NCBI GenBank assembly: GCA_052327205.1
Contig: CM126224.1
Location: forward strand, 15,810,001 to 15,874,000
Source of the DNA: Somniosus microcephalus
Lineage: Eukaryota
Direction: 5' to 3'
Length of the DNA stretch: 64,000 nucleotides
Made by a program: the position numbers and the translations under genes. Under the pieces are notes generated by a model, which was not told where the DNA came from, did no database searches, and was given only the letters and a program-made list of their open reading frames with translations. Shown piece by piece: positions 26,398-39,070 of the stretch; the stretch's first letter is position 1; each line of letters opens with the position of its first letter.

Positions 26398-26856
26398 TTA
26401 TAAATAGGGCGACACTAATGATTTTCTTTCCTTATTCCGAGTCCTCCCGAGCTGGCCAAGGTGGTGCTCAGGTGACTTGTTTGCAGACCTCTGTCAATGT
26501 CAGCCTGGAACCTGCTGCAGGGAGAGATCTGGAGAAACCTGCTCTTTGATTTTCATTTTTGTCTGGCAGGGAAGTGACTAACCTTGTGCTCAGGTCAGAT
26601 CGGAAAATTACTGGGCAGAGAACTGCAGGTCTGCACCTTAGGAATTCTTTGTTGCCTTTTGTGTATATGAATTCTGCAATGACAGCGCTGTTTTTTTGGG
26701 GGGAGCCGACTGTTTTAGGCGTTAGGACGGAGGGCCAGAGGAGAATCTGAATATTTATATCCCCACATAAAAAGTTTGAAGCTTGATGAATACTTCGTGT
26801 ATTAGCTGCAGCCTGTCCAGACATAAACATGACCTCTAAAATCTCTCTAAAAATAG
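26398..26856. promoter_or_regulatory. Candidate intronic enhancer with two MEF2 consensus sites
   Basis: TTATAAATAG at 26398-26407 and CTAAAAATAG at 26847-26856, in an apparently repeat-free block. Motif evidence only. Confidence 0.3.
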
Positions 26857-28497
26857 CAGAGCTGCTCAGGGATTCCTGTGGTTTAGTACAAATCAATTCT
26901 GCGCATTTTCTGTTACAAGTTTGCCTCAGCGTCTGCGAATTCCCAGAGATACACAGGCCATATTTGCAGCCCTTCTGATCACAAATGCCTTTACGGTAAT
27001 AGGTACACTGCTAATGGAGGGAACAAGCTTTTGCTGTAGCTCTGCATACAGGACACACAAAGAATTTAATTCAATTACAGTATATAGCAAAGTAAAAATA
27101 CAGGCTCCAATTGCATTTAGAGTGCTGAGTGTTGAAACTGTCTATTCTTGTATGCTTTCCCATCTTTTGACAAAATTCTGTGTCACTATTACTTAATTTC
27201 AGATTTTTCAACTGGTTTTTAGAAAATAGCTTTCTTGTTTTCATTCCGATACGTCATACAATACAGTACTGTTCCTTTTGTATTTGTTACACTTAGAGTT
27301 TCCTTCCCTCACGCCATAAAAAAGGACCCAATTTATAGATACAGATGAAGGCCATGGTGCCCCATTTCCCTTTTCCATAGGTTAATTCCACCTTACCTGC
27401 CTTCCAATCGTTTCCCTCAAACCCTTCTCTCATCAGAATGGCAATTAATGTGCTCTGGACTCATTTATAATGACCCCAATTCTTTTACCCTTTGAGTGAA
27501 AAAGTTCCACCCGACTTCCCTTTTTACTGCTTACTTTCCAATCTTGGACTGGTGTTCCAGGGAATTGAATTCTTTGGTGCAATGATCAATTTGCCTGGGT
27601 TAGTTGCTTTGTCAATTCCCCACATCACTGCCCCATCCAAGAACTGCTTCCAGGCCTCCATCAATGCATGCAGTCAAGCATCCTCTGAAAGGTGGCCAAC
27701 ATGAGGCGAGGGTCACCACAGCCACTCAGACAGGAAAGGAACAGAAACTAGCACAATATAACTAGTGGAAAGTTATGCAGTTCCCTTTAAAACAACAATC
27801 ACAGCTTTCAGAAATATTTAGGTTTCAAGACACTAACTAGCTGAATATTTAATAGATACTGTGGAAGTAAAATGCTTTCGAGCACATTTCTTTTTAATTT
27901 TAACACTGAAAATATTCTGATATTGTTGCATACATGATTCAATATTATGATTCAGTTAACAAACCAAATCCTGGAAGATCAGATGAATATTTGAGATGTG
28001 GATATTACTCATTTACAAAGTAGTTGACCTCCCGTGGTGCTGTTTACAGATTCATATTGATTCGCACTGTTGGTGCTCCGACTCGCGAGAATGTGACATC
28101 GGAGAGGAGGCAGTGTCGTGGCAACTATGCCCCTTTTTTGAGCATGAAGCCAGGACCAAGGCTTAGTTGGGAAAGGAACTGTCAAAGTAGGGGTGTCTTG
28201 ATTTTAGACAAATTAAATCAGAAAATTAAAGAAGTAGAATTCTTTCTGCAGATCATTTCTGTGGAATGTGATTGGCGAGATAACCAATTAGAAAGCACAA
28301 AAAAAGAGTCAATACAGGCACTTAACCAAAGAGAGAAAATTACAGACAACAAATTATGCAGGTTCATCCAAGGAAATGGATGTTGCTGTGGGCTCGCATA
28401 CTGTATTTGAATGTAGCCCAAGCTGATGGTTTCAATTCTCTCCAGCCCCTGCTCTGGCTCCACAAGTTCGGTGGAATGATTTTGGGACGGCATCATC

Positions 28498-28950
28498 TAA
28501 AACAATTTGCATTTACACATTACTTTTAAAATATAAAAATATCCCAAAGCACTTCGCAGAGGCATTAAAGGAAAAGAATCTCCAAGCCAAAAAGAGTTAT
28601 TAGGTGTGGTGAGCAAAATCTTGGTCAGAGGTTATGTTTTAAGCGGGATCATAAAGTAGGAAGGGGAGAAGAGGAGATTGAGGGAGGAAAAACCCAAGCA
28701 TGGTGCCTCTTGGCTGAAAGGATAACTGCCAATACTGGGGTAAAGGGAGGGGACAATGCGAGAGAGGCTGGAGTCAGAGGGGAACTGAGAGTTTGGGGCG
28801 GGGGGGGCGGGGTTACTGAGATGGTTAAGGGCGAGGCCGTGGAAGGATTTAAATACGAGGATGAGAATTTTAAATTTGAGGCACTGGGAGACCAAGAGTC
28901 AATGTAGCTCAGTGAGGACAGGGTGATGGTTGAGCAGAACTTGGTACAGG
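28498..28950 (-). mobile_element. Old L2 3' part
   Basis: QCLKFKILILVFKSFHGLA motif and L2 tail (gcatttac...cccaaagcactt). Confidence 0.75.
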
Positions 28951-28954
28951 ATAG

Positions 28955-30203
28955 TTTACGGGCAGTAGAGCTGGTCCTGTGTAACGAGACAGGATTAATT
29001 AAAAATGTCCTAGTAAAGGATCCCCTTGGAATGAGTGACCATAACATGGTTGAATTCCATATTCATTTACAGGGTGAGAAGGTTGGATCTCAAACAAGCG
29101 TGCTAAGCTTGAATAAAGGAGACTATGAAGGTATGAGAGCGGAATTGAGTGGATTGGGAAAATAGATTAAAGGGTAAGACGATACATGATCAGTGGTGTA
29201 CATTTAAGGAGTTATTTTACAACTTCCAAAAAATATATATTCCACTGAAGAAAAGGGTGTAAAAGAAAAGACAGCCATCTGTGGCTAAGTAAAGAAATTA
29301 AGGATAGTATTTGACTAAAAACAAGGGCATATAAGGTAGCCGAATCTAGTGGGAGGATAGAGGATTGGGAAAACTTTAAAAGACAGCAAAAAATAACAAA
29401 AAGATTGATTAAGAAAAGGAAGATAGATTATGAAAGTAAATTAGCAAAAAATATAACAGATAGTAAGAGTTTTTATAGTTATATAAAAAGAAAAAGGGTG
29501 GCTGAAGTAAATGTTGGTCCCTTAGAGGATGAGACCGGGAAATTAATGGTGAGAAATATGGAGATGGCAAAAACACTGAATGAATATTTTGTATCAGTCT
29601 TTACAGTAGAGGACACTAAGAATATCCCAACACTGGACAAACAGGGGGCTATAGGGGGGGGGAGGAGCTAAACACGATCAAAATCACGAAGGAAGTGCTA
29701 CTCGGTAAAATAATGGGACTCAAGGCGGATAAATCACCTGGACCTGATGGCTTACATCCTAGGGTCTTGAGGGAAGTGGCGGTCGGGATAGTGGATGCAT
29801 TGGTAATAATTTTCCAAAACTCCCTGGACTCGGCAAAGGTCCCGGCAGACTGGAAAACTGCTAATGTAACACCCTTATTTAAAAAGGGCAGTAGACAGAA
29901 GGCTGGAAACTATAGACCGGTTAGCCTAACATCTGTGGTAGGTACAATTTTGGAGTCCATTATTAAGGAGACAGTAACAGGACATTTGGATAATCATAAT
30001 TTAATAGGACAAAGTCAGCATGGTTTTATGAAGGGGAAGTCATGTTTGACAAATTTGCTGGAGTTCTTTGAGGAAGTAACATATAGGGTGGATAAAGGGG
30101 AACCAGTGGACGTAGTGTATTTAGACTACCAAAAGGCATTTGACAAGGTGCCACACAAAAGATTATTGCTTAAGATAAAAAATCATGGGATTGGGGGTAA
30201 TAT
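28955..30203 (+). mobile_element. CR1 internal fragment (EN end to RT middle), truncated at both ends
   Basis: [38 protein letters not shown] and [13 protein letters not shown] motifs. Confidence 0.93.
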
Positions 30204-30759
30204 TCCCCACCACTTGCACCGTTCCCCTTTACCATAGGCGTCAATTATAAATAAACCGTATTAAGCGCGCAGGCGCTCTCGGGCAGTTCAAGCAGCTGTT
30301 CGTTGTAACCTGACAAACGTTAATTGTATACCGAGAAGCAGTTTCCTGTCCAATAAACTATCAACAACCAACATGCAAGAGTTCTTAAGAAATGGGAGGT
30401 TATTGGGAATATGACAACTCGTGGTACTGCTTGCTCCAGATTCAGGGTCACCTCTATCACAGTCTAACCTCCTCTGAAACGATCCAGGGCTTGAATCTCA
30501 GCAAAGTTGACAGATTCATCGGTGTACTGACTGCTGTCACAAGGCCCCCAGCTCACTGCCGGAACAAATGGTTTTGCAGAAAAGCCAAGGCAAGCAAATG
30601 CTTGTCAGTGATGTTTGATTTTATGCTACAGAGTTATTAAGGAATCCGATGGATTTATCGTCCACTGTATATAGTGGGCAAATCGCGTTAGGACAAATGC
30701 ACTCATTCATTATATGCAGTGGGGATTGTATTCCCAGTGTTTAAATGGTGGAAATTGTG

Positions 30760-31760
30760 GCTCATCTAACAATCAGTCTGACAGCACAGATGCAATAGCG
30801 TGGTTCAGAGAGGGTGCAGCTGGGTGTCAGTGTACATACAGAAGCTAACTCCATAAAGAATGTGCCCAAGGAGCGGCATGTAGAGAGGGAAAGGTGGGGG
30901 GTGGGGCGGCCCCAAGGATAAATCCTTGAGGGGCTCTCAAGGTGACAAGAGTGGGGGTGGGCAGAGAAGCCATCGATATAACTGCTCTGCTTACATAGCC
31001 GAGTGGAAACAAACAAGGGCAGTCTCACTGGACAACAGAGGAGAGGCATTGGAGGAGGAGAGTGTGGTCGACCGTGTCAAAAGGCGGCAGAGAGGTTGAA
31101 GAGAATGGAGGAAGGATAACGCACCATGGTCAGTCAGAGAGTGTTTCTTTTGTGACTTTGGTTAAGGCCATTTTGTGGGAGGGGATTCAAACAAAGGGTT
31201 GCGGGAGGGTTGGGCACAACATTCAATGCGATAACATTTAATGACTTTGGAAAGGTTAAGGGAGTTTAGAGATGGGGCAGTAGTTTGCAAGGACAGAGAA
31301 CTCCAGGTTGAGGATTTTTTTTTTAAATTTTTTTTTTGAGGGAAGGTGACAGCAGTTTTGATAAGTAATTCCTGAAGAGAGGGAACCATCTACAATATCA
31401 GCTAAATTGATAGGGAAGTTGAGTGGGAATCAAGGGAGAAGGAGGTGGGTCACATGGATGTGGTGAGCTCAGAAATGGCAAGGGGGGAAAATGAGACAGA
31501 GAAGGGGGACCGAGGGGAATGTTTGGTTTGGCGGGCAAGGGGAGGAAAGTAGCAGCGGTAGCTCAACGGATGGTCTCTATCTCTACCTATTGGCACTTGT
31601 TAGGGATGAGCATAGAGAGAGCAGAGGAGAAAGGCTTATGCAAACGATTGGCAGTGGAGAAAAGAAGCCAGAATTACTTTTGCTCCTCAGGATGATCTGG
31701 GTGTAGTGGTCAATTTTAGAAAATGCAAGTGAGGCCTGGTAGTTATTTATCTGATCCAGT
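30760..31760 (-). mobile_element. Old L2 RT-region remnant, probably a continuation of the 28498 element
   Basis: gaccgtgtcaaaaggcggcagagagg (LSAAFDTVD on the minus strand) and actttggaaagg motifs. Confidence 0.65.
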
Positions 31761-32469
31761 CCACTTCCCAGTGGTCATTGGTCCATCACACCAAAACTGT
31801 CCTTAGCACTAAATTGGGAATCATATTTAGAAAGGCCACAGAACAGCTGGCATGGAAAATGGAAAAATGTCACACTGATTTATTTGAATGTGTTTTTCAA
31901 GGTTGGGACAGTATTGAGGTTTGGACATAACTTACTGTATACTTGGTCGGAAAAGCTCTTAATGCTGACATCAGGAGCCAGCATTAACAATCCTCATCAT
32001 AATGACTACAAATTCAAAAGGAAAAAGAGCATACTTCTGTGGGTAAGTGCACGTGTGGCATGGGTCAGAGATATTGATCCCAAAGGGCTCGGGAACTTCA
32101 CACATGGCTTCCCTCCCAATCACTATCCAGTGACCTCTAATGTAAAGTGCAAGTATGTGGTCACTGTTGAAGATGGGATCAGATGTGCTGTGATACACAA
32201 ATGGTCTGGTCACATTTATTGTTTAGGTTCACATGATTCTGCACTTGGGTAAGCCACCCCAACGTGAATCACTGGCTCGAGGAGAGGAATGTGTTTCTCC
32301 CATGGACTGGACTGACTTGCCCTGATTTCTCCTTCCCTCCTGGGACTCAGCCCTCCCTCTGGAGAATCACAGGAACATACTCGGGCCCGATTACTCCACA
32401 ACACATTATATTGCACCAACTCAACCATCTTTTATTTTAAAACCTTTGAAACCCTCATGACCTGAGTTT

Positions 32470-32860
32470 TCCTGAGGAGTCAGTTAGTGTGTGTAACTGA
32501 GCTGCAGGCTAGGAGGTCACGGGTTCAACTGAGGGAGGCGGTAGGGTTGCTACAATGTCCCCAAGTACACCTATACTTAAGGCTGGGAGAGAGGGACCCC
32601 ACTAGGGGTCCTGGTCTTGACTGGTACGCATTGCTGCATTGCACCCCACTGGAAAGTGCACATGTATGGATGTCAGTTGAGTACAGTATGGTACTTAGCC
32701 GTGGTAACTGTGGTTGAATAGCTTGTTAACTGTCACAGTCCAGGCACACACAAAGAATGGCCACATGCGTGAGGTACTGGAGGGCTCCAGCACTCGGCAA
32801 ACAACAATGTGCCTGGAAAAATGGGTGTGGTAGAGAGTGGGGTGGACTTGCGGGCAGGGA
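32470..32860 (+). mobile_element. Unassigned tRNA-derived SINE copy
   Basis: gggttcaa B-box; core ccccactggaaagtgcacatgtatggatgtc...aagaatggccac..gaggtactggagggc. Confidence 0.55.
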
Positions 32861-33383
32861 AACCACAGAAAAAGTTTTAAATTATTGAGCAGGAAACTGT
32901 TGCCTTTCAACCTCCATCAGCAAATCCTGAAACCAACTGCTCAGACAGAAAGGGTTACACGTAATAAAAAAAACAAATGCATATTTGCATCATGACTTAG
33001 GTAGCAGAGAGTAGGAGCTCATCACAAAACAGCCGGTCCTGGGGGAGTTTCAGGCTGCTGTATTATAATTGAGCGCTGCATCTAGTAAGTGGAGGACTGG
33101 TGCACAAAAGAACTCTGCCTCTGGCACGTGCCAAACAGCTTCAGACCGAGCGATTGCCTTCCAGGCAGAACACAGCAGCTGCAGGATGGACTGACTGGAA
33201 TTCTAACAAGGCTCTGCTGTCCCCACAGAGACACTCCAGCTGTAATACAATACTGACCGTTAATGCCAGAAAGGAGATGCAGCAATTGCAGATCTACCCT
33301 ACAAACAGGCAGTCATTTAACCTTTTCAGTGCAAGAAACAAATACATGAAATCACTTACAGGCAGGCCTTACTCACACACAAT

Positions 33384-34137
33384 AGGCCGTATTCTGCGAC
33401 CCCGACGGGTGTGTACAAGGTGCGCACACGCCCGTAGTGGCCGCACAAGTTCTGGGTTTAGGTGTGCGAAGTGCATGCGCTGAAACCCGGCATTTGCAAT
33501 GTCAATAATCTTCCTGACATATTCTCCGCATCCCCAGGAAAAGGGCCTCTGCGGGTGGAGAGTTGCGCTATTTGCCCAACTTCCGCCTGCTGAAAGGCCA
33601 TGGAATTCTTAAGCCGAGTAAAAGCAGACGCAAGGCCTGCTTTTACCAGCATAAGAGTTTTTTAAAAAATAGAAAAATAAAATGTTATCACTCACTTATA
33701 CATTAGAAACCCTGCCCAATAAGGTAAGTTTATATTTGGCCCCGTTAAAACATTTTTAAAAATACAAAAAATTAAATGTTTAAAATATCTAATTAAATGA
33801 CATTAATTTTATATATGTAATTTTATTTATTTATTTCATGTGTTCATGTTTTTTTAAAATTTTTTTTTTTATAAAGTCATGCCCATTCATACTTACGACA
33901 GTGCTGTAGGTACGGATTCCCCGTAAGTATGAATGGGGATTCCCTTCTTTCATTGGTTGGGCTGGCCCACGTGATCCCAGGGGTGCTTGCGAACCGCGTG
34001 CACCCCTGGGCATTTCCACCAAGAGGCGCCCTGGATCGCGAGCCTCCGTATCTCCCGGACAACCAGGTAAACGCGTAGATATTTTGATGGTCGGAGGCCT
34101 CCGCCCACGGGACACCTCTGATCGCAAATTCAGGCTA
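33384..34137. mobile_element. Harbinger-like MITE
   Basis: Imperfect TIRs AGGCCGTATTCTGCGA and TCGCAAATTCAGGCTA, flanked by caat on both sides. CpG-rich arms with an AT-rich centre. Confidence 0.6.
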
Positions 34138-35384
34138 CAATGCAGCCAATGAACAAAAGACAGCTACCAGAGAAGCAGGCAATCAAATTGCTCAACAAGT
34201 CTCAAACTGCTTTCAGCAGTGATGTTGGTTGCCCACCACACACTATACCTTAAGAGCTCCTGTCCCTCAACTAGAAATCTACTATAATATTTTTTTAATG
34301 CATCCTAAGCCTTTGACGACACTTCCCTGGAGCCACTACACAATCTAACCAATGCGAATTTACTCTCCACACCAGACTATGGCCAGACGACCCAGTATTC
34401 CCACTCCCATGCTCTTGCTGCCAGGCTCCAACCCAGCTCCACAAGGTTATCCTTCACTCTTCCACAAACTGCGTTTCTCGACAAAGGAGACTGAAGCAAA
34501 AACTACAAATGCCACACCATACAACAGAGAAAGTGAACTAAAAATCCCATAATGGTTGGTGGGCTCCTGTCACAGGATCCTTAAATTTAGGGTTGCTCAA
34601 CACTATAGCTCTGACAAGGTGCTCAGAGTGGCAGTTCATGGGTTTGAAATTTTCCATACAGCGAGTTTTCAATAAAAAAGGAGCCTTGCAGAGGTTAGGA
34701 AATTCGACATGGACAGAGAAGACAGGAGTGTCAATTACTCTGGACCATCTCCAAAAACCTTCTAGAGACTTAGGACAGAATGACATTGTTAAACAGCTGC
34801 TCGTGAGGGCAGGTGTGTGGCATAGGAAGACTCAAATAGTGAAGAGGAAACCAAATTACTATAATTTCCTCAGACAGCCTCTGTGCACCATCCCTGGTTG
34901 CGAGGACAGTCTGGAGATTAGCATTTATGCCTCCACCAGTATCATTTACTCAGAGCTGCATGGAAACAATCCCAAGGATCCTATGCTTCAGGCCTTCCTC
35001 CCCAATCTTTCTTCTACACCAGTGTGTGGGGAATTGTAGACATGAGCTCCGATGAAGCACTCTAGCACAACATTCAACACGCTGTGCCACCATGAATTCG
35101 GCATGATTTAGAAAACTAGATGATCTCCCATGGAATTGCTCACAGGGAGTCAGAGAATACATGATTGCATAACAAAAGGAGTATTATGCAATGTAAAGGA
35201 CAATGTACTACAGTAATAGATCTCCCACTTCCAGGAGCAAGATACAGAGGGAACATGGGGGAGGCAGATCAGGCCAAGCCTGTAGGGAGGAGGTATCAAA
35301 AAAAAAGGTGGAAATTTAAAAGTCATAAATTCATATGCATCAGCTGAAAACATGTTTTTATCGTTTTTTTAAAAATAACACAAC

Positions 35385-35545
35385 AAATTATCTTATTATC
35401 TCCTTGCTGTTTGTGGGACCTTGCTGTGTGAAAATTGGCTACCGCGTTTCTGTACAGTGACTGCACTTCAAAAGTACTTAATTGACCGTGAAGCACTTTG
35501 GGACGGACTGAGGTCGTGAAAGGAGTTATACAGAGGCAAGCTCTT
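35385..35545 (+). mobile_element. DeuSINE (SacSINE1-like) 3' part
   Basis: ttgctgtttgtgggaccttgctgtgtgaaaattggct...aagcactttgggac...gtgaaagg L2-type tail. Confidence 0.7.
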
Positions 35546-37084
35546 CCTCAATTCTGGAGACCAGCCAACAGTAGTGCGACATTCTAAATGCAAATCAATT
35601 TTTATTGGCATCATGCTAGACTACCCAACAATTGTGCGTCAACTCTAAGGCAAGGCCTTCCAACCGTCACTACAAAATGTATGCACGAGAGCTGATGCAC
35701 GAGGGTGCAATATAGAATAATTTTATCAAGACTAGTTGCTCAGAAGTTAGTCCAGAGTTTCTTCCTCTGCATGGTTTACATTTTTGTTGATGAATCTGTT
35801 TGTTTCTTTTTTTCACCCATTCTGTAACTCAGTCTCATCTCTTTTGTACATCTCTGTATGGCTCTCACACATAGCCTTGACTGTCGCAGTGGATTTCTGA
35901 GTCTTACCTTTTATGAAATCCAGGGTACGCAGCAAGGCAATGCGGATCAGGTCAAAGATGGGTACTGAGATCAGGTGTGGACAGGGGGTCTTGGAGCTGG
36001 TACTGCACACACAGCTGGAAGAGAAAGGGGAGTGGCGCAGGGGTCTGGGCTGGGTGGAATATGGAGCTAGAGGCATAGGTTGCAATAAGTACATGAGAGC
36101 TAGAAAGGAGTGGGTCATCTGGTGCCGAGTAGGGCTCATGGAAGGGGCTGGGAACTTGCAACACTCGGAGGTGGATTTGGCTGCATTGGGGTGGTGGAGT
36201 CAAGCTCTGGCAACAAATGGAGGAGCAGTAGTTGGTGGGGGGGACATTAGGAGGTCTGGCCATATGCAGGGTGGTATGGAGTGCTAAGGCCGGAAGCACC
36301 ATAGGCAGGTGGTGTACAAATGTCTGACAGTGCTTTTGGGGGGGGGGGGGGGGGGGGCGGCAGGGAAAGAGAGAAGCACCAGAGGATCATTGAGGTCTGT
36401 GAGCCCATTAAACTCATCAACATATAACATCAAGGCTCCTGCACCTGCATTTTGGGAGCTGTAGTTCACCAGAATGATTGACACATGCACACAGTGATAA
36501 TGGTGAATTATGCGGGTTGTTCACTATCTGATTGAGCCTCTTCATTCAGAGAAGGGTCAGATGCACAATACACGTTCTGGGAGTGGAGCAGAATTCAGAC
36601 CCCAGACCTCAGCAAGAGACCTTTGTAGGAAGAAAAAATATCGGATACATTTTCTAAGAACCAATAGCCAAGTGTTTCTGGCAGATTACTTTACAAGTAT
36701 TGTTTTAAGTGTATTTTGGGGGGTATGGAATGAACAAGACAAGTCAAGAGAGTAAGAAAAAACAGTTTAACCAATTTGATTGGTTGCTTTTGGTGATATT
36801 TGCCAGCTGTAAATTGGTAACTATCGCACAGCTATTGAAAGCAATGTTTGGACAGGGGATTTCCCCCCAACAGAATCTGATTTTTGGTTGCTTTCTGTCA
36901 GTGGGACATTTAAGCCAATCAGGATCTTTTGCCCTGTAGACATTATTTTACCTTCTGGTGCATGATGAAATGTTTTTATAACTGGACAGGCCTTCATGGT
37001 AGAACGTTGCACATAAATTGTTTTACTTATAACAGTTAAATTATTGAAAACTATTTACTTTTAAAAAAGAGTTTTCAAAGTACG

Positions 37085-37500
37085 AAGTATTTACAGCAGA
37101 GAAACATGCCAGACGGTCCAACAGGTTCATGCCGGTTTTTAAGCTCCACACAACCCACCCATCTTCATCTAACCTCATCAGCATATCCTTCTGTTCCTTT
37201 CTCCCTCATGTGCTTATCTAGCTTGCCCTTAAAAGCGTCTATGCTAGTCGCCTCAACTACTCCCAGTGCGAGAGAGTTCCACATTCTAACCAGTCTCTGG
37301 GTAAACAAGTTCCTCCTCAATTCCCTATTGGATTTATTAGTGACCATCTTATATTTAGGGCCTCTTGTTCTGGTCTCCCCCACAAGTGGAAACATCTTCG
37401 ACGTCTACCTTATCAAATCTTTTCAGAATGTTAAAGACTGCGATCAGGTCACCTCTCAGTCTTCTCTTTTCTAGAGAACAAAGAGCTCTAGCCTGTTCAC
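37085..37500 (-). mobile_element. CR1 3' fragment
   Basis: SLEKRRLRGDLI and RRNLFTQRLVRMWNSL motifs. Confidence 0.9.
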
Positions 37501-38007
37501 TCTTTGTTCTATTTGTGCTGCTGTATAACCTCAGAGAAGGTTGTTTTTGTGGGCCTACCAAGCTATTTTAAATGGTGAAATTCCTTCTCGGCTGCAGAGA
37601 TTACATGGAATACGGATCAATCCCGATTTGAGTGAGAAAAATCCACCATTCTTGACAGCTATAGGTTCAATCTGTAGATATCTCATCCACGTAAAGAATT
37701 CCTGGAATCCAGTTCCGTATTATTCTTGTGCTGTTGTTAGTCTTGTTCCAGTAAATCTGATGAATATTTTTTAAAACACCATGAGATGGGTTGCTGTTGC
37801 CAGGTAAATGTTAATTTACACAAGGGAATCATCTTGTGATGGATGAAGCATCAATTCTGTGGGCAGCCAGGATACCACTCGCACCTCCAGGGTAAATAAT
37901 AACTGTGATGCACTCAACTCATGCATTGGCTGAATTCAACAATTATGGAGAGGGTTTCATTGGAAGATAGCAAACCAAGCCAACCTGCTCACTATGGAGA
38001 AGGATTT

Positions 38008-39070
38008 ACATAACAAAAGAACATAAGACGTAGGAGCAGGAGTAGGTCATTTGGCCCCTCGAGCCTGCTCCGCCATTCAATGAGATCATGGCTGATCTGA
38101 TCTTGGTCTCAACTCCACTTCCCTGCCTGCTCCCCATAACCCTCGACTCCCGTACCATTCAAAAATCTGTCTATCTCCACCTTAAATATATTCAATAACT
38201 CAGCCTCCACAGCTCTATGGGGAAGAGAATTCCAAAGATTCACGACCCTTTGAGAGAAGAAATTCCTCCTCATTTCCGATTTAAATGGGCGCCCCCTTAT
38301 TCTGAAATTATGCCCCCTAGTTCTAGATTCCCCCACGATGGGAAACAGCCTCTCTGCATCTACCCTGTCAAGCCCCTTCAGAATCTTGTATGTTGCAATA
38401 AGATCCCCTCTCATTCTTCTAAACTCCAATGAGTATAGGCCCAACCTGCTCAATCTTTCTTCATAAGACAACCCCTTCATCTCCAGAATCAACCTCGTGA
38501 ACCTTCACTGAAATGCCTCCAATGCAAGTATGTCCTTCCTTAAATAAGGAGACCAAAACTGTACACACTACTCCAGGTGCGGTCTCACCAACACCCTGTA
38601 CAGTTGTAACAGGACTTCCCTACTTTTATACTCCATTCCCTTTGCAATAAAAGCTAACATTCCATTTGCCTTCCTAATTACTTGCTGTACCTGCATGCTA
38701 ACTTTTTGTGATTCATGTACAAGGACCCCCAGATCCTTCTGTAACTCAGCATTTTGTAATATCTCCCTATTTAAATAATAATTTGCTTTTTTATTTTTAT
38801 TACCAAAGTGGATAACCTCACATTTTCCCACATTATACTCCATCTGCCCGATTTTTTGCCCACTCACTTAGCCTATCTATATCTCTTTGGAGATTCTTTG
38901 CGTCCTCCACACAATTTGCTTTCCCACCTATCTTTGTATCATCAGCAAATTTGGTTATATTACACTCTGTCCCTTCATCCAAGTCATAAACAGATTGTAA
39001 ATAGTTGAGGCCCCAGCACTGACCCATTTATCCCAACTCTCTGTTTTATGTCAGTTAGCCAATCCTCTAT
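38008..39070 (-). mobile_element. CR1 host element, 3' piece
   Basis: ORFs 38109-38492, 38568-38867 and 38833-39027 (FADDTKIGG, VRPHLE), plus a 3' tail. Confidence 0.93.

Noticed and set aside
28081-28090. ACTCGCGAGA, near the BANP/ZBTB33 promoter motif
   Set aside because: Single imperfect motif with no surrounding CpG island.
34593-35039. 148-aa plus-strand ORF (and similar 120-170 aa ORFs at 23964, 28024 and 44665)
   Set aside because: No recognisable domains or splice structure. The 44665 ORF overlaps the antisense strand of exon 13.
36337-36358. Long G homopolymers (also near 4162, 44020 and 48428-48485) as G-quadruplex elements
   Set aside because: Simple homopolymers, several within repeats, whose lengths are error-prone in assemblies. 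No specific function is supportable.
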